Virus record (IMG/VR): IMGVR_UViG_3300009703_004110
Span: 124,001-188,000 of that record
DNA length: 64,000 bases
Direction: 5' to 3' (one strand)
Shown: piece by piece, positions 45,571-55,799 of the stretch
How positions within the stretch are numbered: position 1 is the stretch's first letter
Layout of the letters: every line of letters begins with the position of its first letter
Notes under the pieces: generated by a model
What the model was told of the DNA's origin: nothing
The model's database searches: none
The model's input: the letters and a program-made list of their open reading frames with translations, nothing else
Translations under genes and position numbers: made by a program

Positions 45571-47388
45571 TTATTCAGATAGAACAATCATACCCAAAAT
45601 GTTAGAATTAATGTATTCTTTTGCTCTTTCTAGAGAGGAAACAAGGTCCTCTACCGCGCTCTCATAACCGTCTGTTAGTCCCGAAAACTCTATAAAAAAG
45701 TCCGGAGATTTAATTTTATCTATCATAGCGAAAACTTTTTCCGCAGCATCTGATGATGCCTTAGATGATGATACCAGGCTATCAATAATTTCCAAGGTAG
45801 TTGTTATATCCCTTATATCATTCAATATTCTAATAGAGTCCCTTACCTTAATCAGATATGACTTAATCAAAGCAGTATTTCTTTTAACAGACTGATGAAA
45901 CTGGCCTTTGGAATTAGATATTACCTCATCATTTCCTTGATGCTTTTCGTATTCAATTTTGTTTTTAAGCATCTTCTCAAGAGATTCTTCAGCAATAGTC
46001 TGTGCACGTTGCAAAGCCTTTATAGCTTCCTTGCCCTTTCTCTTTACGTCGTCTGGAACAGGAATACCGGCGTTTCTAAGAAGGGAGCTGTCCGCCTTAA
46101 TAGTGATTTTAGCATTAGGATATTTATCTTTGATACAAGTCAATATATTTATCGCATCCATGTCTGAAGATAAAGATAATATTTCTACTGTATCTAAATC
46201 TATCAGCTCTCCATGCTGGTAAGTCATTTTATGCTTTAGCATATCTACCAGATTTCTAGGCGCAGATGCGGATGTACAGAATATTATTTTCTCTTTAGAG
46301 TCATAAGCTGTTTTTATAGAACTAAGAAGCTTGCCGACTTCGTTGTTATACGGCATGTCTCCATCTATATGTAGAAATTCAGCAAAGCTGCCCCTAACTA
46401 ATCTTCCAATAGAATGTTCTTTTCTCGCGTCTACAGATAGACTCTTTGTTACAAATACAGATAACCCATTGATATCAGTCGTCATAAATCCTTGCCAGCT
46501 ATCATCAACATCAATGCTTCTAGTATAGTTTTTTACTTGCGCCGCTTGTGCGAATAAGCCATCCATATAGAACGCAGTAACGCTCTCAATAGGCTGAGGC
46601 GCAAGGTTAATTAAATCGGAAGTAAGGCCTAGACTCTTTCTAGATGCCTTCTTGGATAAAGTTGGAGATATATTAACAACAGGAAAGTTATTCCATTTAT
46701 ATGCCCCATTCTTCTGGAAATCAAAATGAGTTAATATCGCACTCTTAGAAAAGCCGGCCTCTGAAGATGTCTTATTGATATCCTTTATTAAGTGAGAACG
46801 TCTTCCTATCTCAATCATATCACCAACATCGATTCCAAGTCGACTTGTTAACCCGCCATATATTTCTAAGACATATTTTATATCTGAGCATCCGAATGTC
46901 GCTAAAGATCCTGGCTCGATGTTGCGATAGATTCTTCTTATAACGTTATCCTCGTTTACAAAAAGTATATCAATCGGAAAAGATACAGATCCCATGTGAT
47001 ATAGTACATCCTCCGGCCTTCTATATTTAAAGAGAAGGCCGGCATCTTCACCTAAAGATTTATAAGATTGAAGCCCAATGACTTTATCTTGGTAACTTTC
47101 GGCCACACCACATAAAAATACTGCTAATGGAGAATTTGCCCCATTATAAACTGTAATCTGAGCTTTCTTTTTAGTATCTTGATCATCAACCCAACTATAG
47201 TCATTACACTCGACGGGGCTTATAATGCCGCCCTCATAGCCCATAATCTCCTGATCTTCTAAAACGGACTTTTCTGGAACTAGTCCATCATACGGTTCTG
47301 AGGTATCTTGCTCAATTGACATAGGGCCACCTTCTGGTGTAGTATCTTTGATAGAACCTGGTGCTCCAAGCAATGCAGTTTTCTTCAT
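45571..47388 (-). CDS. DUF192-domain fusion protein (605 aa)
   Basis: VAESYQDKVIGLQ...GLLFKY...YHMGSVSFPIDILFV...KYVLEIYGG...GIDVGDMI, followed by C-terminal helical domains. Confidence 0.7.
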   Translation of the reverse strand: MKKTALLGAPGSIKDTTPEGGPMSIEQDTSEPYDGLVPEKSVLEDQEIMGYEGGIISPVECNDYSWVDDQDTKKKAQITVYNGANSPLAVFLCGVAESYQDKVIGLQSYKSLGEDAGLLFKYRRPEDVLYHMGSVSFPIDILFVNEDNVIRRIYRNIEPGSLATFGCSDIKYVLEIYGGLTSRLGIDVGDMIEIGRRSHLIKDINKTSSEAGFSKSAILTHFDFQKNGAYKWNNFPVVNISPTLSKKASRKSLGLTSDLINLAPQPIESVTAFYMDGLFAQAAQVKNYTRSIDVDDSWQGFMTTDINGLSVFVTKSLSVDARKEHSIGRLVRGSFAEFLHIDGDMPYNNEVGKLLSSIKTAYDSKEKIIFCTSASAPRNLVDMLKHKMTYQHGELIDLDTVEILSLSSDMDAINILTCIKDKYPNAKITIKADSSLLRNAGIPVPDDVKRKGKEAIKALQRAQTIAEESLEKMLKNKIEYEKHQGNDEVISNSKGQFHQSVKRNTALIKSYLIKVRDSIRILNDIRDITTTLEIIDSLVSSSKASSDAAEKVFAMIDKIKSPDFFIEFSGLTDGYESAVEDLVSSLERAKEYINSNILGMIVLSE

Positions 47389-47396
47389 AATACCTC

Positions 47397-47684
47397 CTAT
47401 AGCATCCTTGCGAGTTCGTCTAGAACTTGCGTTATATATGCTGGATTTTTACCATTGAGCGTATTTTTAATCAAACTAATGCTAACACCAATAGACGCCC
47501 CACCGGGTGTTTTCTTGCTCGCCATATCCGGCACATTAAGTTCGTTAATCTTTTTCCTTAAATTAGGATAAGCTTTGACCCTAGACTCTAATGACATCTT
47601 ATAAAGCATGATATCAATAATACTCTTAATTTGCTTAGCCACATATTGCGGATTTTCATAAATGTATTGAGATTCTTTTTTCAT
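47397..47684 (-). CDS. Hypothetical head-cluster protein
   Basis: 95 aa starting MKKESQ. Confidence 0.6.
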   Translation of the reverse strand: MKKESQYIYENPQYVAKQIKSIIDIMLYKMSLESRVKAYPNLRKKINELNVPDMASKKTPGGASIGVSISLIKNTLNGKNPAYITQVLDELARML

Positions 47685-48217
47685 TCCGACTCCGACAAAT
47701 ATTGTTCAGCACGAGTTACAATCTTTTTATAGGCAGATTGCTTAGCCTTAGATAAATTAGCGTGCTTACTGTATTCAAGAAGTATAGTTCTGCTAAATAT
47801 CTTGGTCAATTTCTTTAAAATATCATTAGTATTAACTAAATTAGCATTTGTAATTTTAATCATTAGCTGATTAAAAAGAATCGTGGGATCCTCTTCTGTT
47901 GTTTCAGCATATTTTACAAGTAAATAATCGGTAAAGTCAGCAAGAGTCTGATTGTCTTGATCATCAGCTGCATCACCAAGTTCCACCATCAAATTAATTA
48001 TATCAGAAAAAGACCTTTTATCTTTTTCTTTCGGCTCTTTATAATGGTTCTCCTCGTAATTAGCAGGATCTTGCCCAAACCCTTCGACTCCCATCTCAAG
48101 CAAATTCCAGCCATTAGCACCTTCGGCCGCAACGTCATTTTCACGAAATGATATAGGTACATTCTTAACTGGCTTTGGTTCTTCTGGAATAGAAGATCTG
48201 TGAGATTCTTTTTTCAC
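47681..48217 (-). CDS. Hypothetical head-cluster protein
   Basis: 178 aa starting MKKESH; contains LMVELGDAADDQDNQTLADFTD. Confidence 0.6.
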   Translation of the reverse strand: MKKESHRSSIPEEPKPVKNVPISFRENDVAAEGANGWNLLEMGVEGFGQDPANYEENHYKEPKEKDKRSFSDIINLMVELGDAADDQDNQTLADFTDYLLVKYAETTEEDPTILFNQLMIKITNANLVNTNDILKKLTKIFSRTILLEYSKHANLSKAKQSAYKKIVTRAEQYLSESE

Positions 48218-48459
48218 TTATTGTCTGCGCCTCGCACATTGGTTATACCATAATCAGATTTGCCAACTTCACTTGCTTTACTTGCGCTTCTGTACTTAGC
48301 CGGCTTCTTTTTCTTACCGGATACAATATCCGAAATAGAAAACTTCTCACCATCCTCACCTTCGTAATACGAACTGGTACTTGTAGCTGCAGCAATCTTT
48401 TTTAAATCGACAAGTTCTTCGGCTGTGATTGGAAATAACTCACTATATAATTTGGACAT
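48214..48459 (-). CDS. Hypothetical protein
   Basis: 81 aa; contains LKKIAA. Confidence 0.55.
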   Translation of the reverse strand: MSKLYSELFPITAEELVDLKKIAAATSTSSYYEGEDGEKFSISDIVSGKKKKPAKYRSASKASEVGKSDYGITNVRGADNK

Positions 48460-48489
48460 ACGGGCCCCCTGCTTAGAATCTAAATATTA

Positions 48490-50280
48490 CTATGCCGGAG
48501 GGGGAGCTTCTCCTCCGCCACCACCAGCTTCTGGTGATCCTCCAAGATCTAAGCTGCCTTCTGCTCCGCCATCTTCAGCCCCAGGCATTGGAGGCAGCCC
48601 TCCCATGTCAAGGCCTCCGCCACCTCCGACGCCAGGTAATCCGCCCATATCTTCGCCACCGGGCTCTTCCATCCCCGGAAGGTCGTCTCCATCTGGTGGC
48701 TCTGCAATAGCGCTATCTGCATCAAGATTCCTAAGCTCAGCTAGCCTCATACCGTTCATAGACTGCTCTTCCTTCTGTCGGATGACGTTAGCGATAAGCT
48801 CTTCTTTAAGACGCCTGTCTTCTTCTTCCTTACTTAGGCCCAAACTTCTATATAGAGTCTGCAGAGAGACCTTGTTGTCTGATACGAAGTTAGATATGTT
48901 CTGGATATAATCATTCATATCGTATAGGTTCATATGGTTGAAGTCTACTTGCGGAATTACGAGTCTTTTTTCGCCATCAACATATTCAAAAAATCCTTGT
49001 ATTTCGCATATTGGTGCGAAAATCTTTTGCTCAAGCCACTTCTTAATCATATTTCTAAAGATATCGTATCTCTGCCTTAGAACCTCTAAGCCAACAGATG
49101 AGCTGGCGTAAGTTACGCCCTCCTGATCCATCAGTGCCTTCGGTGTCATTAGTCCTGTATAGATATTATTATTGATTAATTCTATATCTGAAGCTATATC
49201 CAAAACCGATCCAGAGAATCCAACTCTCTCGATTGTAACACCTTCGTGAGTCACAATCTTGAAGTCTTTATCGTACTGAGCCTCTTCTAGAATTATTCTA
49301 AATGCGTCAATGTCCGCCTGAGTTGGCCTATAATCGTTAGAGCCTCCAAGCTTAACCAGAGTTAATGGATTAACCATTCCGTCTGCTTGCGCAAATTTAG
49401 ATTCACGAAGTTTGTCATATAGCATCAAATCTTTATAGATTGATACAATTACAGAGGTTCCTCTAATGTCATAAGGGGAGCTTAAAAGCTTAAGGTGAGA
49501 AACGTTAAGTGCATCTAATGGAATATTCTGACCTTTTTTAACAAAGTCCAAAATATACTTAGGCATCCTTCGCCTCATTTGCAAATCAGCAGGAGCATTA
49601 GAGTTAACTAATCTTTGCAGAGATGCATCGGGCCTAAGCGAAATAATAGTCTGATCGCCAATCGCCGGCTTCTTGACATGGGTATAGTCCGGATTAAGAA
49701 CTGTAATTCTTTTCCACATACCAGTCTTTCGATCTAATTCGGCATACGGGAAGGCCTCTCCCATCTTCCAGAACTCAAGCGATACGCCATACACTATGGA
49801 GTATAAGTCGATTCTCTCGGCCATCTCAAGAAAGAACTCTTGAACCTGCTTGCTTTTGCAGGTTATGTTTATTTTAGAGATAGGATAAGAGGCGTGCAAG
49901 TTGATAGCATTTCTAACAATAGGATGTGTATCATAAAAAATCCTATTCCATGCATTCATCGTGACTCGATCACGAGGTAAGTTTAGATTAGATAATTGAA
50001 ATAATGGAGAATAAACATCTGGCGCTAAACGATCTGTAGCACTCGTAGATGAAGGTAGAACAGTTCCACCAGAAGACGCACTCTTTCTAAATCCAGGACT
50101 ATGAGCTACTGCGGAATCAGCAAATTTGCTGAAGCTAGCAGGATCCATGTTCTCTTCTCTGCTCAAAGCAGTAGAAACTTCTGCCCTACGAAGCTTAGAA
50201 AGCTTATCAAGGGTGTTCTTATCTACTGAACCTCGATCAAGAACATTATTATTTGATGGTCTCTCGCCTCTTCTGGGCAT
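48490..50280 (-). CDS. Portal protein
   Basis: Follows TerL. Motifs FYDTHPIVRNAINLH, EFWKMGEAF, VSHLK...YDIRGTS, PLTLVKLG, KVSLQTLY; Gly/Pro/Glu-rich tail. Confidence 0.85.
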   Translation of the reverse strand: MPRRGERPSNNNVLDRGSVDKNTLDKLSKLRRAEVSTALSREENMDPASFSKFADSAVAHSPGFRKSASSGGTVLPSSTSATDRLAPDVYSPLFQLSNLNLPRDRVTMNAWNRIFYDTHPIVRNAINLHASYPISKINITCKSKQVQEFFLEMAERIDLYSIVYGVSLEFWKMGEAFPYAELDRKTGMWKRITVLNPDYTHVKKPAIGDQTIISLRPDASLQRLVNSNAPADLQMRRRMPKYILDFVKKGQNIPLDALNVSHLKLLSSPYDIRGTSVIVSIYKDLMLYDKLRESKFAQADGMVNPLTLVKLGGSNDYRPTQADIDAFRIILEEAQYDKDFKIVTHEGVTIERVGFSGSVLDIASDIELINNNIYTGLMTPKALMDQEGVTYASSSVGLEVLRQRYDIFRNMIKKWLEQKIFAPICEIQGFFEYVDGEKRLVIPQVDFNHMNLYDMNDYIQNISNFVSDNKVSLQTLYRSLGLSKEEEDRRLKEELIANVIRQKEEQSMNGMRLAELRNLDADSAIAEPPDGDDLPGMEEPGGEDMGGLPGVGGGGGLDMGGLPPMPGAEDGGAEGSLDLGGSPEAGGGGGEAPPPA

Positions 50281-50292
50281 ATGGGAGTCTCC

Positions 50293-52080
50293 TTATCTAA
50301 GTCTTGGTAGATGAGCAAGGGATGGCAATGGCATCGTTGTTTCTTTGTCAACTCCAGGCCTAATAGTGAAACCCTTAGTCATATCATACTTCCAAGCTAT
50401 ATACGCATACATTAAAGCCATAAGGCCGTCATTAGGTATACTACCTTTTTTATATATTTTAATTGGCTGCCCAGAGGATATTCTTGTTCCCTGTTCCATT
50501 GAGGTACAGTGATCAATTAACCACTCCAGATGCTCATAGCTCTGCCAAGGGAATCTAATTTTGCCTTTTTTAAACTTCTCAAATATTTCATCAATAAGAA
50601 GGTCTTTGTGATAACCAACCATTAGTTCATCCTCACGATACTTTAAAGGCTTAGCTAAGTTACCACTTCCTTGGGCCCCAAGAAATCTATCTCCATATAT
50701 CATTTGTAGATCTGTAACTACGTCCTGACCATAGAAATGATCGGATACACCTCTTTGGATTCCAAACCTTCTATAGCATTCTTTAATGGTTGCTATCTTA
50801 TGCTTGAATCTATGCTCGCCAATTTTATGAGCATGCTCTACCAGAAGGGTGCCATCTGCTTGTGCCGACAATACCACTACGCAAGAGAAAGATTGCCCTC
50901 GGTCTATATTGTCATTCTCTACTTTACCACCCCAGTCTACACCAAGATATGTTCTCTTATGATGCGGATCAATTTTTCTCGCCATAGACCTGTCCTGATC
51001 TCGACACATCTCATATATATCGGCCTTGGTCAACGGAAGACCTGCACCAGAATAGAATTCTCCAATAACCTCATTGTTCCACACTCGGTTGGACTGGGTC
51101 GGATTATTCTCAGGCATCAAGTCTAGAATGTTTTGTTTTGGAAAATTAGGAAGATAGAGCTGATTAATATGATAGCCAACATACTTGGCTGTAGCAGGGT
51201 CTCTAGTAGGAACCCACTTTCCAAGCTCAATTGACTCAATCTTATGCTGCTTATGTCCGCATAGTGGGCACTGAATAGTGAAGCCCTCTACCCAAATAGT
51301 CTTCCATCGATCATCACCAGATAGATAGAATGGAAAATGATCTTTACAGTTGCCGCATCCAAGGTGATAATATCTCTGATCTGATTGTTCCCAGATGGAA
51401 TGAAAGTAAGAGCTTCTTTCTTTTGGAGTTCCGAAGTAAACTTGAACGCCCTTACCTACGGCGCCGTATTTTGCAGCGGTTAATATCTTGGTGGCATTAC
51501 CAATTGCCGCACCATACATGTCCTGAACCTCATCAAAGAAGGTTACATCTGCAGTCATACCTCTGATTCTATCCGCATCTCTACCGAGACTATCTACCCA
51601 TAAGGTTCCAGAGGTAAATTGCTTCATCGTCAGATTATCTACGGCATTAATATCTTTGAGCTTATTCTTGTTAATGATATCATTCTTAGCCGTTCTAATC
51701 ATTCCCTCTAGTTTATCTTGAGTGAACTTCTTTACCATAGCTAAAGCAGGAAAAGCATGCAATACTCTAATTGGAGGATTAGAAAAAAGGCCGCTATTAG
51801 TCAGATATAGATCTAGGGCGCCAGCCATCATGGTTGCACCAACCTGACGACCCTTACATAATACAACAGGCTTCCCTATTTCGGTGGTAGCCTGCATAGC
51901 AATATAACGATAAATGTCGGCCATGAATTTCCATCCATTGCCGACAATCCTAAACGGTTGTCCGTCAATCGTTAAATTATTTTCAACAAAGTGAGCCGGA
52001 TCATAATCTAAAAAACTAGATTTGATCTGAGTAAACAGCTCATCATTACTTTTAATTAAATCTTTCTTATACTTTGACAC
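50293..52080 (-). CDS. terL: Terminase large subunit (lambda GpA-like)
   Basis: Walker A-like KGRQVGATM, Walker B FFDEVQ, FGTP coupling motif, CxxC...CxxC, nuclease YLGVDWG. Confidence 0.9.
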   Translation of the reverse strand: MSKYKKDLIKSNDELFTQIKSSFLDYDPAHFVENNLTIDGQPFRIVGNGWKFMADIYRYIAMQATTEIGKPVVLCKGRQVGATMMAGALDLYLTNSGLFSNPPIRVLHAFPALAMVKKFTQDKLEGMIRTAKNDIINKNKLKDINAVDNLTMKQFTSGTLWVDSLGRDADRIRGMTADVTFFDEVQDMYGAAIGNATKILTAAKYGAVGKGVQVYFGTPKERSSYFHSIWEQSDQRYYHLGCGNCKDHFPFYLSGDDRWKTIWVEGFTIQCPLCGHKQHKIESIELGKWVPTRDPATAKYVGYHINQLYLPNFPKQNILDLMPENNPTQSNRVWNNEVIGEFYSGAGLPLTKADIYEMCRDQDRSMARKIDPHHKRTYLGVDWGGKVENDNIDRGQSFSCVVVLSAQADGTLLVEHAHKIGEHRFKHKIATIKECYRRFGIQRGVSDHFYGQDVVTDLQMIYGDRFLGAQGSGNLAKPLKYREDELMVGYHKDLLIDEIFEKFKKGKIRFPWQSYEHLEWLIDHCTSMEQGTRISSGQPIKIYKKGSIPNDGLMALMYAYIAWKYDMTKGFTIRPGVDKETTMPLPSLAHLPRLR

Positions 52081-52091
52081 AGATCACCTTA

Positions 52092-52694
52092 TTACACTGT
52101 TGGTTCAGCGTGCTGGTAATACTCTGCTCTATTGTCTTCTGCATCACCAGATGCTATCGGCTCTGGCGGAACGTATTTTACATCATACTCTTCATCATCA
52201 GATACAAGAGTTCCGATCCACTCCTGTAATTTCTTAAGATTGATTGGAAGATCGACGAAGCGTAAGCCAGGTTCTTTTCTGCATCTATCAAGTACAGTAG
52301 GGACATCAAGATGAGGCTCATGATCTGAAAGGTCTTTAATGTAACTTAATATTTGGCTCATAGCTTTGATATCAGACTCGCTATGCTCAGCCTTTGCAGT
52401 CTTAATTTTACATACGCATGAAGCTACCTTTTCACATCCGCAGTTTTGGGAAGCTACCTTAGGCTCTTCGTTACGATATTCTGCTAACAGATCAAATCCT
52501 ATTCGACTTTTAATATCTGCCATTTTAGCATCTATCGTTCTAAATCGCCTAGCGTTATCTAATATACGAGTCCTATCACCTCCGTCTAGATATTCTAAAT
52601 TTGCTTCTTTAGCTATGCTATTTGCAAATTCATCCAACCAGTCGCAAGTTATATTATAGTTCTCTGTTAAATCAGATTGCCTGTTAATCTTCAT
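52092..52694 (-). CDS. Hypothetical head-cluster protein
   Basis: 200 aa with repeated KEA/KVA/KTA sites. Confidence 0.6.
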   Translation of the reverse strand: MKINRQSDLTENYNITCDWLDEFANSIAKEANLEYLDGGDRTRILDNARRFRTIDAKMADIKSRIGFDLLAEYRNEEPKVASQNCGCEKVASCVCKIKTAKAEHSESDIKAMSQILSYIKDLSDHEPHLDVPTVLDRCRKEPGLRFVDLPINLKKLQEWIGTLVSDDEEYDVKYVPPEPIASGDAEDNRAEYYQHAEPTV

Positions 52695-52704
52695 TTGTAA
52701 TCCT

Positions 52705-53760
52705 TTATCCGAAGTAATTCTTAATAAAGTCTATACCGTGACCCTCAGTTTCTTTACCACTTTGTGGAGTTGCACCAATAGTTCCACGATCCTTAAAGAT
52801 CGGAAATCCGTAATCCATCACTAACTGAAGAACAGCAAGCTCTTCACGGTCGGTTAGTTTGTACTTGTCCTTTAGAAAGTCATAAACATCTTCAAATGGG
52901 TGTCCACCAGAAACTACAGAGTTGACAAGAATGCCAGAAATAGCTCTTTCGAATGGGGTCATAACCATTTGTACACGAGAGACGGTTGCTTCCTTTTGCA
53001 TAGGCTCATTATCAGATACTCCAGCAAGAATGATGACCTCTTCGAGATCAACCGAACTGTTGGACTTTAACTTCTTCTTAAGCTTGCCCATGTGCTCTTT
53101 TAATGCACTCATATCGTGAATCATGTTAACTCTTGCCTTCTCGATAAAATCCATATCAAGAACGTGACTTACGTCCTTTCTAACAGCCTCTGAAACTTCA
53201 TTATTCAGTCTGTTCAAATAAGAGTAGGCCCTTTCACATCCGGAAATAGAGCGGCCATCGTGACGAGGAATGCCGCCAGGGTAGCCTTCCTGTAGATAAT
53301 TTGTAAAGTGTGAAACATCTCTGTCGTCAACCCATGAGGTCTGCTTTGGCTCTTCTGGCTCAGGTTCAGGATCTTCGACATAAGCAACATCAGATCCTGG
53401 AAGATATAGGCCATCACGGTTCTCATCGGACTGCTCTTCTGGATGGTCCCCTTCTTCAAATCCCATTAGCCCATGCAATAGACCTTCTGAAACTTCTTCA
53501 TCTGAAGGCTCTGAACCTTCCTCAAATGTAACTTCTTCGAACGGTATAATATCAGCCTCTTCTATAGGTAGTTCTTCCTCTTCCTCAAAGGTAACAACTA
53601 ATGGCTCGATCTCCTCTATGTCAAGCTCAGGCATATCAGAGCCTTCCTCGACCTCAAGAAGCTCATGTAGATCAGGTTCGTCAGCTAAACTTTCAGCCAC
53701 GGGAGGATGAGCAATCTCCTCTTCTCTTGCGCCTGGATATACATAGCTTATTTTTTTCAT
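52705..53760 (-). CDS. Acidic head-cluster protein
   Basis: Start refined to MKKIS at 53760 (AAGGAG RBS). Glu-rich N-half; C-half contains IPRHDG..ISGCERA. Confidence 0.6.
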   Translation of the reverse strand: MKKISYVYPGAREEEIAHPPVAESLADEPDLHELLEVEEGSDMPELDIEEIEPLVVTFEEEEELPIEEADIIPFEEVTFEEGSEPSDEEVSEGLLHGLMGFEEGDHPEEQSDENRDGLYLPGSDVAYVEDPEPEPEEPKQTSWVDDRDVSHFTNYLQEGYPGGIPRHDGRSISGCERAYSYLNRLNNEVSEAVRKDVSHVLDMDFIEKARVNMIHDMSALKEHMGKLKKKLKSNSSVDLEEVIILAGVSDNEPMQKEATVSRVQMVMTPFERAISGILVNSVVSGGHPFEDVYDFLKDKYKLTDREELAVLQLVMDYGFPIFKDRGTIGATPQSGKETEGHGIDFIKNYFG

Positions 53761-53770
53761 TACGTTCTCC

Positions 53771-54049
53771 TTAACCAAAAAAACTCATAAGGCCGTGCCA
53801 CGTATTAGTGATATTATCATCACCAACCGCTCCAGAATCCGGATACGGACCAGTAGAGAGTGGCTTAGCCGATTCACCCGTCCATATCCTTGGGGATAGG
53901 GGGCTACCATTTAAAGGAATATTAACAGAAAATTCTTCAGACAGCAGAGGGGCATCAGGATCAGCTTCAGCACTCTCTTCTTCAGAGCCTTCAAGTTCAT
54001 CATTCATTTCTTTATTTAAGAAATCAAAAAAATCTTTGGGGCTTGACAT
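53771..54049 (-). CDS. Hypothetical protein
   Basis: 92 aa with an AGGAG RBS. Confidence 0.55.
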   Translation of the reverse strand: MSSPKDFFDFLNKEMNDELEGSEEESAEADPDAPLLSEEFSVNIPLNGSPLSPRIWTGESAKPLSTGPYPDSGAVGDDNITNTWHGLMSFFG

Positions 54050-54084
54050 ATTATACTCCTTCTAACACAATTATTATTAGCAAA

Positions 54085-55041
54085 TTATCCAGTGACTTTG
54101 ACATGAAAATGATCATCTTCTTCGAGCTTAGACATTTGAAATTCACCACTTTGTTCTACCTCAGATAATAGCTCTTTTGTTTCGCCATCTTGAAGTCTTA
54201 AATCTATAGCATTACCAGAACCATGACCAGTATGAGCTAGGCCTAGAGATTCATAATATTCTGCGCCAGCTTTTACACCATTTCGGCTAGTTCCAAGATC
54301 TAAAAAAATATCATTCATGCCTATGACCATATTTTTATTTTGATAAAGATCATAGAGATATATAAGGCCGGCATTAAGAGGCTTATTAGTTACGCTTCTT
54401 AGTCTATCAACAGTCGCCTGGCCATGAAAACGGGCATACTTATGCGCATCACTATCTGATACAATCCTGGAACCGTCTCCTCCCTGTCTTTGCCAATTTT
54501 TAGCCATAGCACGAATTTGTGCTCGTGGAGATCTAAACCCACTGGTAACGTGCGGTTTGTGATATCCTTTTTCCTTCGCCAAATTGCCAAGAGCTGCGAG
54601 AAATTCTTTCATGGTATCTGAAACACCATCTAGATTTACACCTGTATTTGATTTTACAACTCCTTTATAGTCGCGTGAACCGCCTCTAAGTTTGCCGCTT
54701 AAACCCCCTCTGTCAAAAAGACCGGCTGCCCAGTCTCGTACTCTTCTGGTTCGCTCTTGTATGCCGTCTGATAATCCGGCAGCTTCTCCAGCAACTGTTC
54801 CGTCCGACTCCGCTTGAAGTATTTCTAAAACATCAGCTGGCCCACGATGGACCCTTCCCCACTTATCGCTATACTTATTCCAATACCACAATGTCCAAGA
54901 ATTATAGTCAGAAGTATAAGACCCAGGCAAACTAGTTGCGTGATTCCTCCACCATAGCTCCAACTCTTTATAGTCAGGCCCTTGGCTAGAATACTCTTCC
55001 CAGTTGTAAGCAGTGAATGCTGTTTTTCTAATTTTATGCAT
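54085..55041 (-). CDS. M15-family Zn peptidase (peptidoglycan hydrolase)
   Basis: VTSGFRSPRAQ, GHGSGNAIDL, EDDHFHV. Confidence 0.75.
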   Translation of the reverse strand: MHKIRKTAFTAYNWEEYSSQGPDYKELELWWRNHATSLPGSYTSDYNSWTLWYWNKYSDKWGRVHRGPADVLEILQAESDGTVAGEAAGLSDGIQERTRRVRDWAAGLFDRGGLSGKLRGGSRDYKGVVKSNTGVNLDGVSDTMKEFLAALGNLAKEKGYHKPHVTSGFRSPRAQIRAMAKNWQRQGGDGSRIVSDSDAHKYARFHGQATVDRLRSVTNKPLNAGLIYLYDLYQNKNMVIGMNDIFLDLGTSRNGVKAGAEYYESLGLAHTGHGSGNAIDLRLQDGETKELLSEVEQSGEFQMSKLEEDDHFHVKVTG

Positions 55042-55789
55042 CCGCTAAATACTCCACTAATAATCTCTTCTGTATCAAAATATCTTTAAATTCGCCAACC
55101 AATGGAACATTCTTAAACAAATCCAGCTCTTTTAATAATCGAATAGTTTTATCGGCGTCTAGTTTAAGTGCCTTAGCTAACTTTACGGTTATATACTTAT
55201 CTTTAATATTTTCAGAAGAAAATAGCTCTGGATTATCTAGAGTGTATTTAATAATCTCATCTGATATCTCAAAATCATATCTTACAGCAAGGTTAATTGC
55301 TCTGTATATTCTTCTTGGATCGTCACCGATGGAAATTTTTGGCTTGACCGGTGTTCTTATCACCCCGCTCTTTATATCATCGAAAGCCATTCCGGTTGGA
55401 TCGTAGACCTCCTTAGTATCAAGATCTTGATGTAAAGTATTAATCGTAAAGTCTCTACTAAAGACCTCTGCCAAATGCTTCTTATCTTCGTCTAGTTCTT
55501 CCAGGACGCCTACCGACTCAAAGTTACTAGAGAAGTCAATATCAAAAGAGTCTGTATAGACAGTAACATGGCCATCATCTGATAGTTCAAAGGTTACGTT
55601 TAGTGTTGAGGCTAGTAAGATTCCAAGTCTAAGTACATCTGCCGAGTTAGTCGTAAGGTCTATATCGGAAGTCTTAATATCTTTTCCTAGATATACGTCT
55701 CTAGCTAGGCCGCCTACAATGTAGGGCCTATCTATCTTATTTCTCTCAGCTATTTGAGAGATAAGCCTTAAGACGCTATCGACTTCCAT
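55034..55789 (-). CDS. cca: Class II tRNA nucleotidyltransferase (CCA-adding/poly(A) polymerase family)
   Basis: YIVGGLARDVYLG..SDIDL, SRDFTINTL, DPTG, DDPRRIYRA. Confidence 0.8.
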   Translation of the reverse strand: MEVDSVLRLISQIAERNKIDRPYIVGGLARDVYLGKDIKTSDIDLTTNSADVLRLGILLASTLNVTFELSDDGHVTVYTDSFDIDFSSNFESVGVLEELDEDKKHLAEVFSRDFTINTLHQDLDTKEVYDPTGMAFDDIKSGVIRTPVKPKISIGDDPRRIYRAINLAVRYDFEISDEIIKYTLDNPELFSSENIKDKYITVKLAKALKLDADKTIRLLKELDLFKNVPLVGEFKDILIQKRLLVEYLADA

Positions 55790-55799
55790 GACTCAATCC

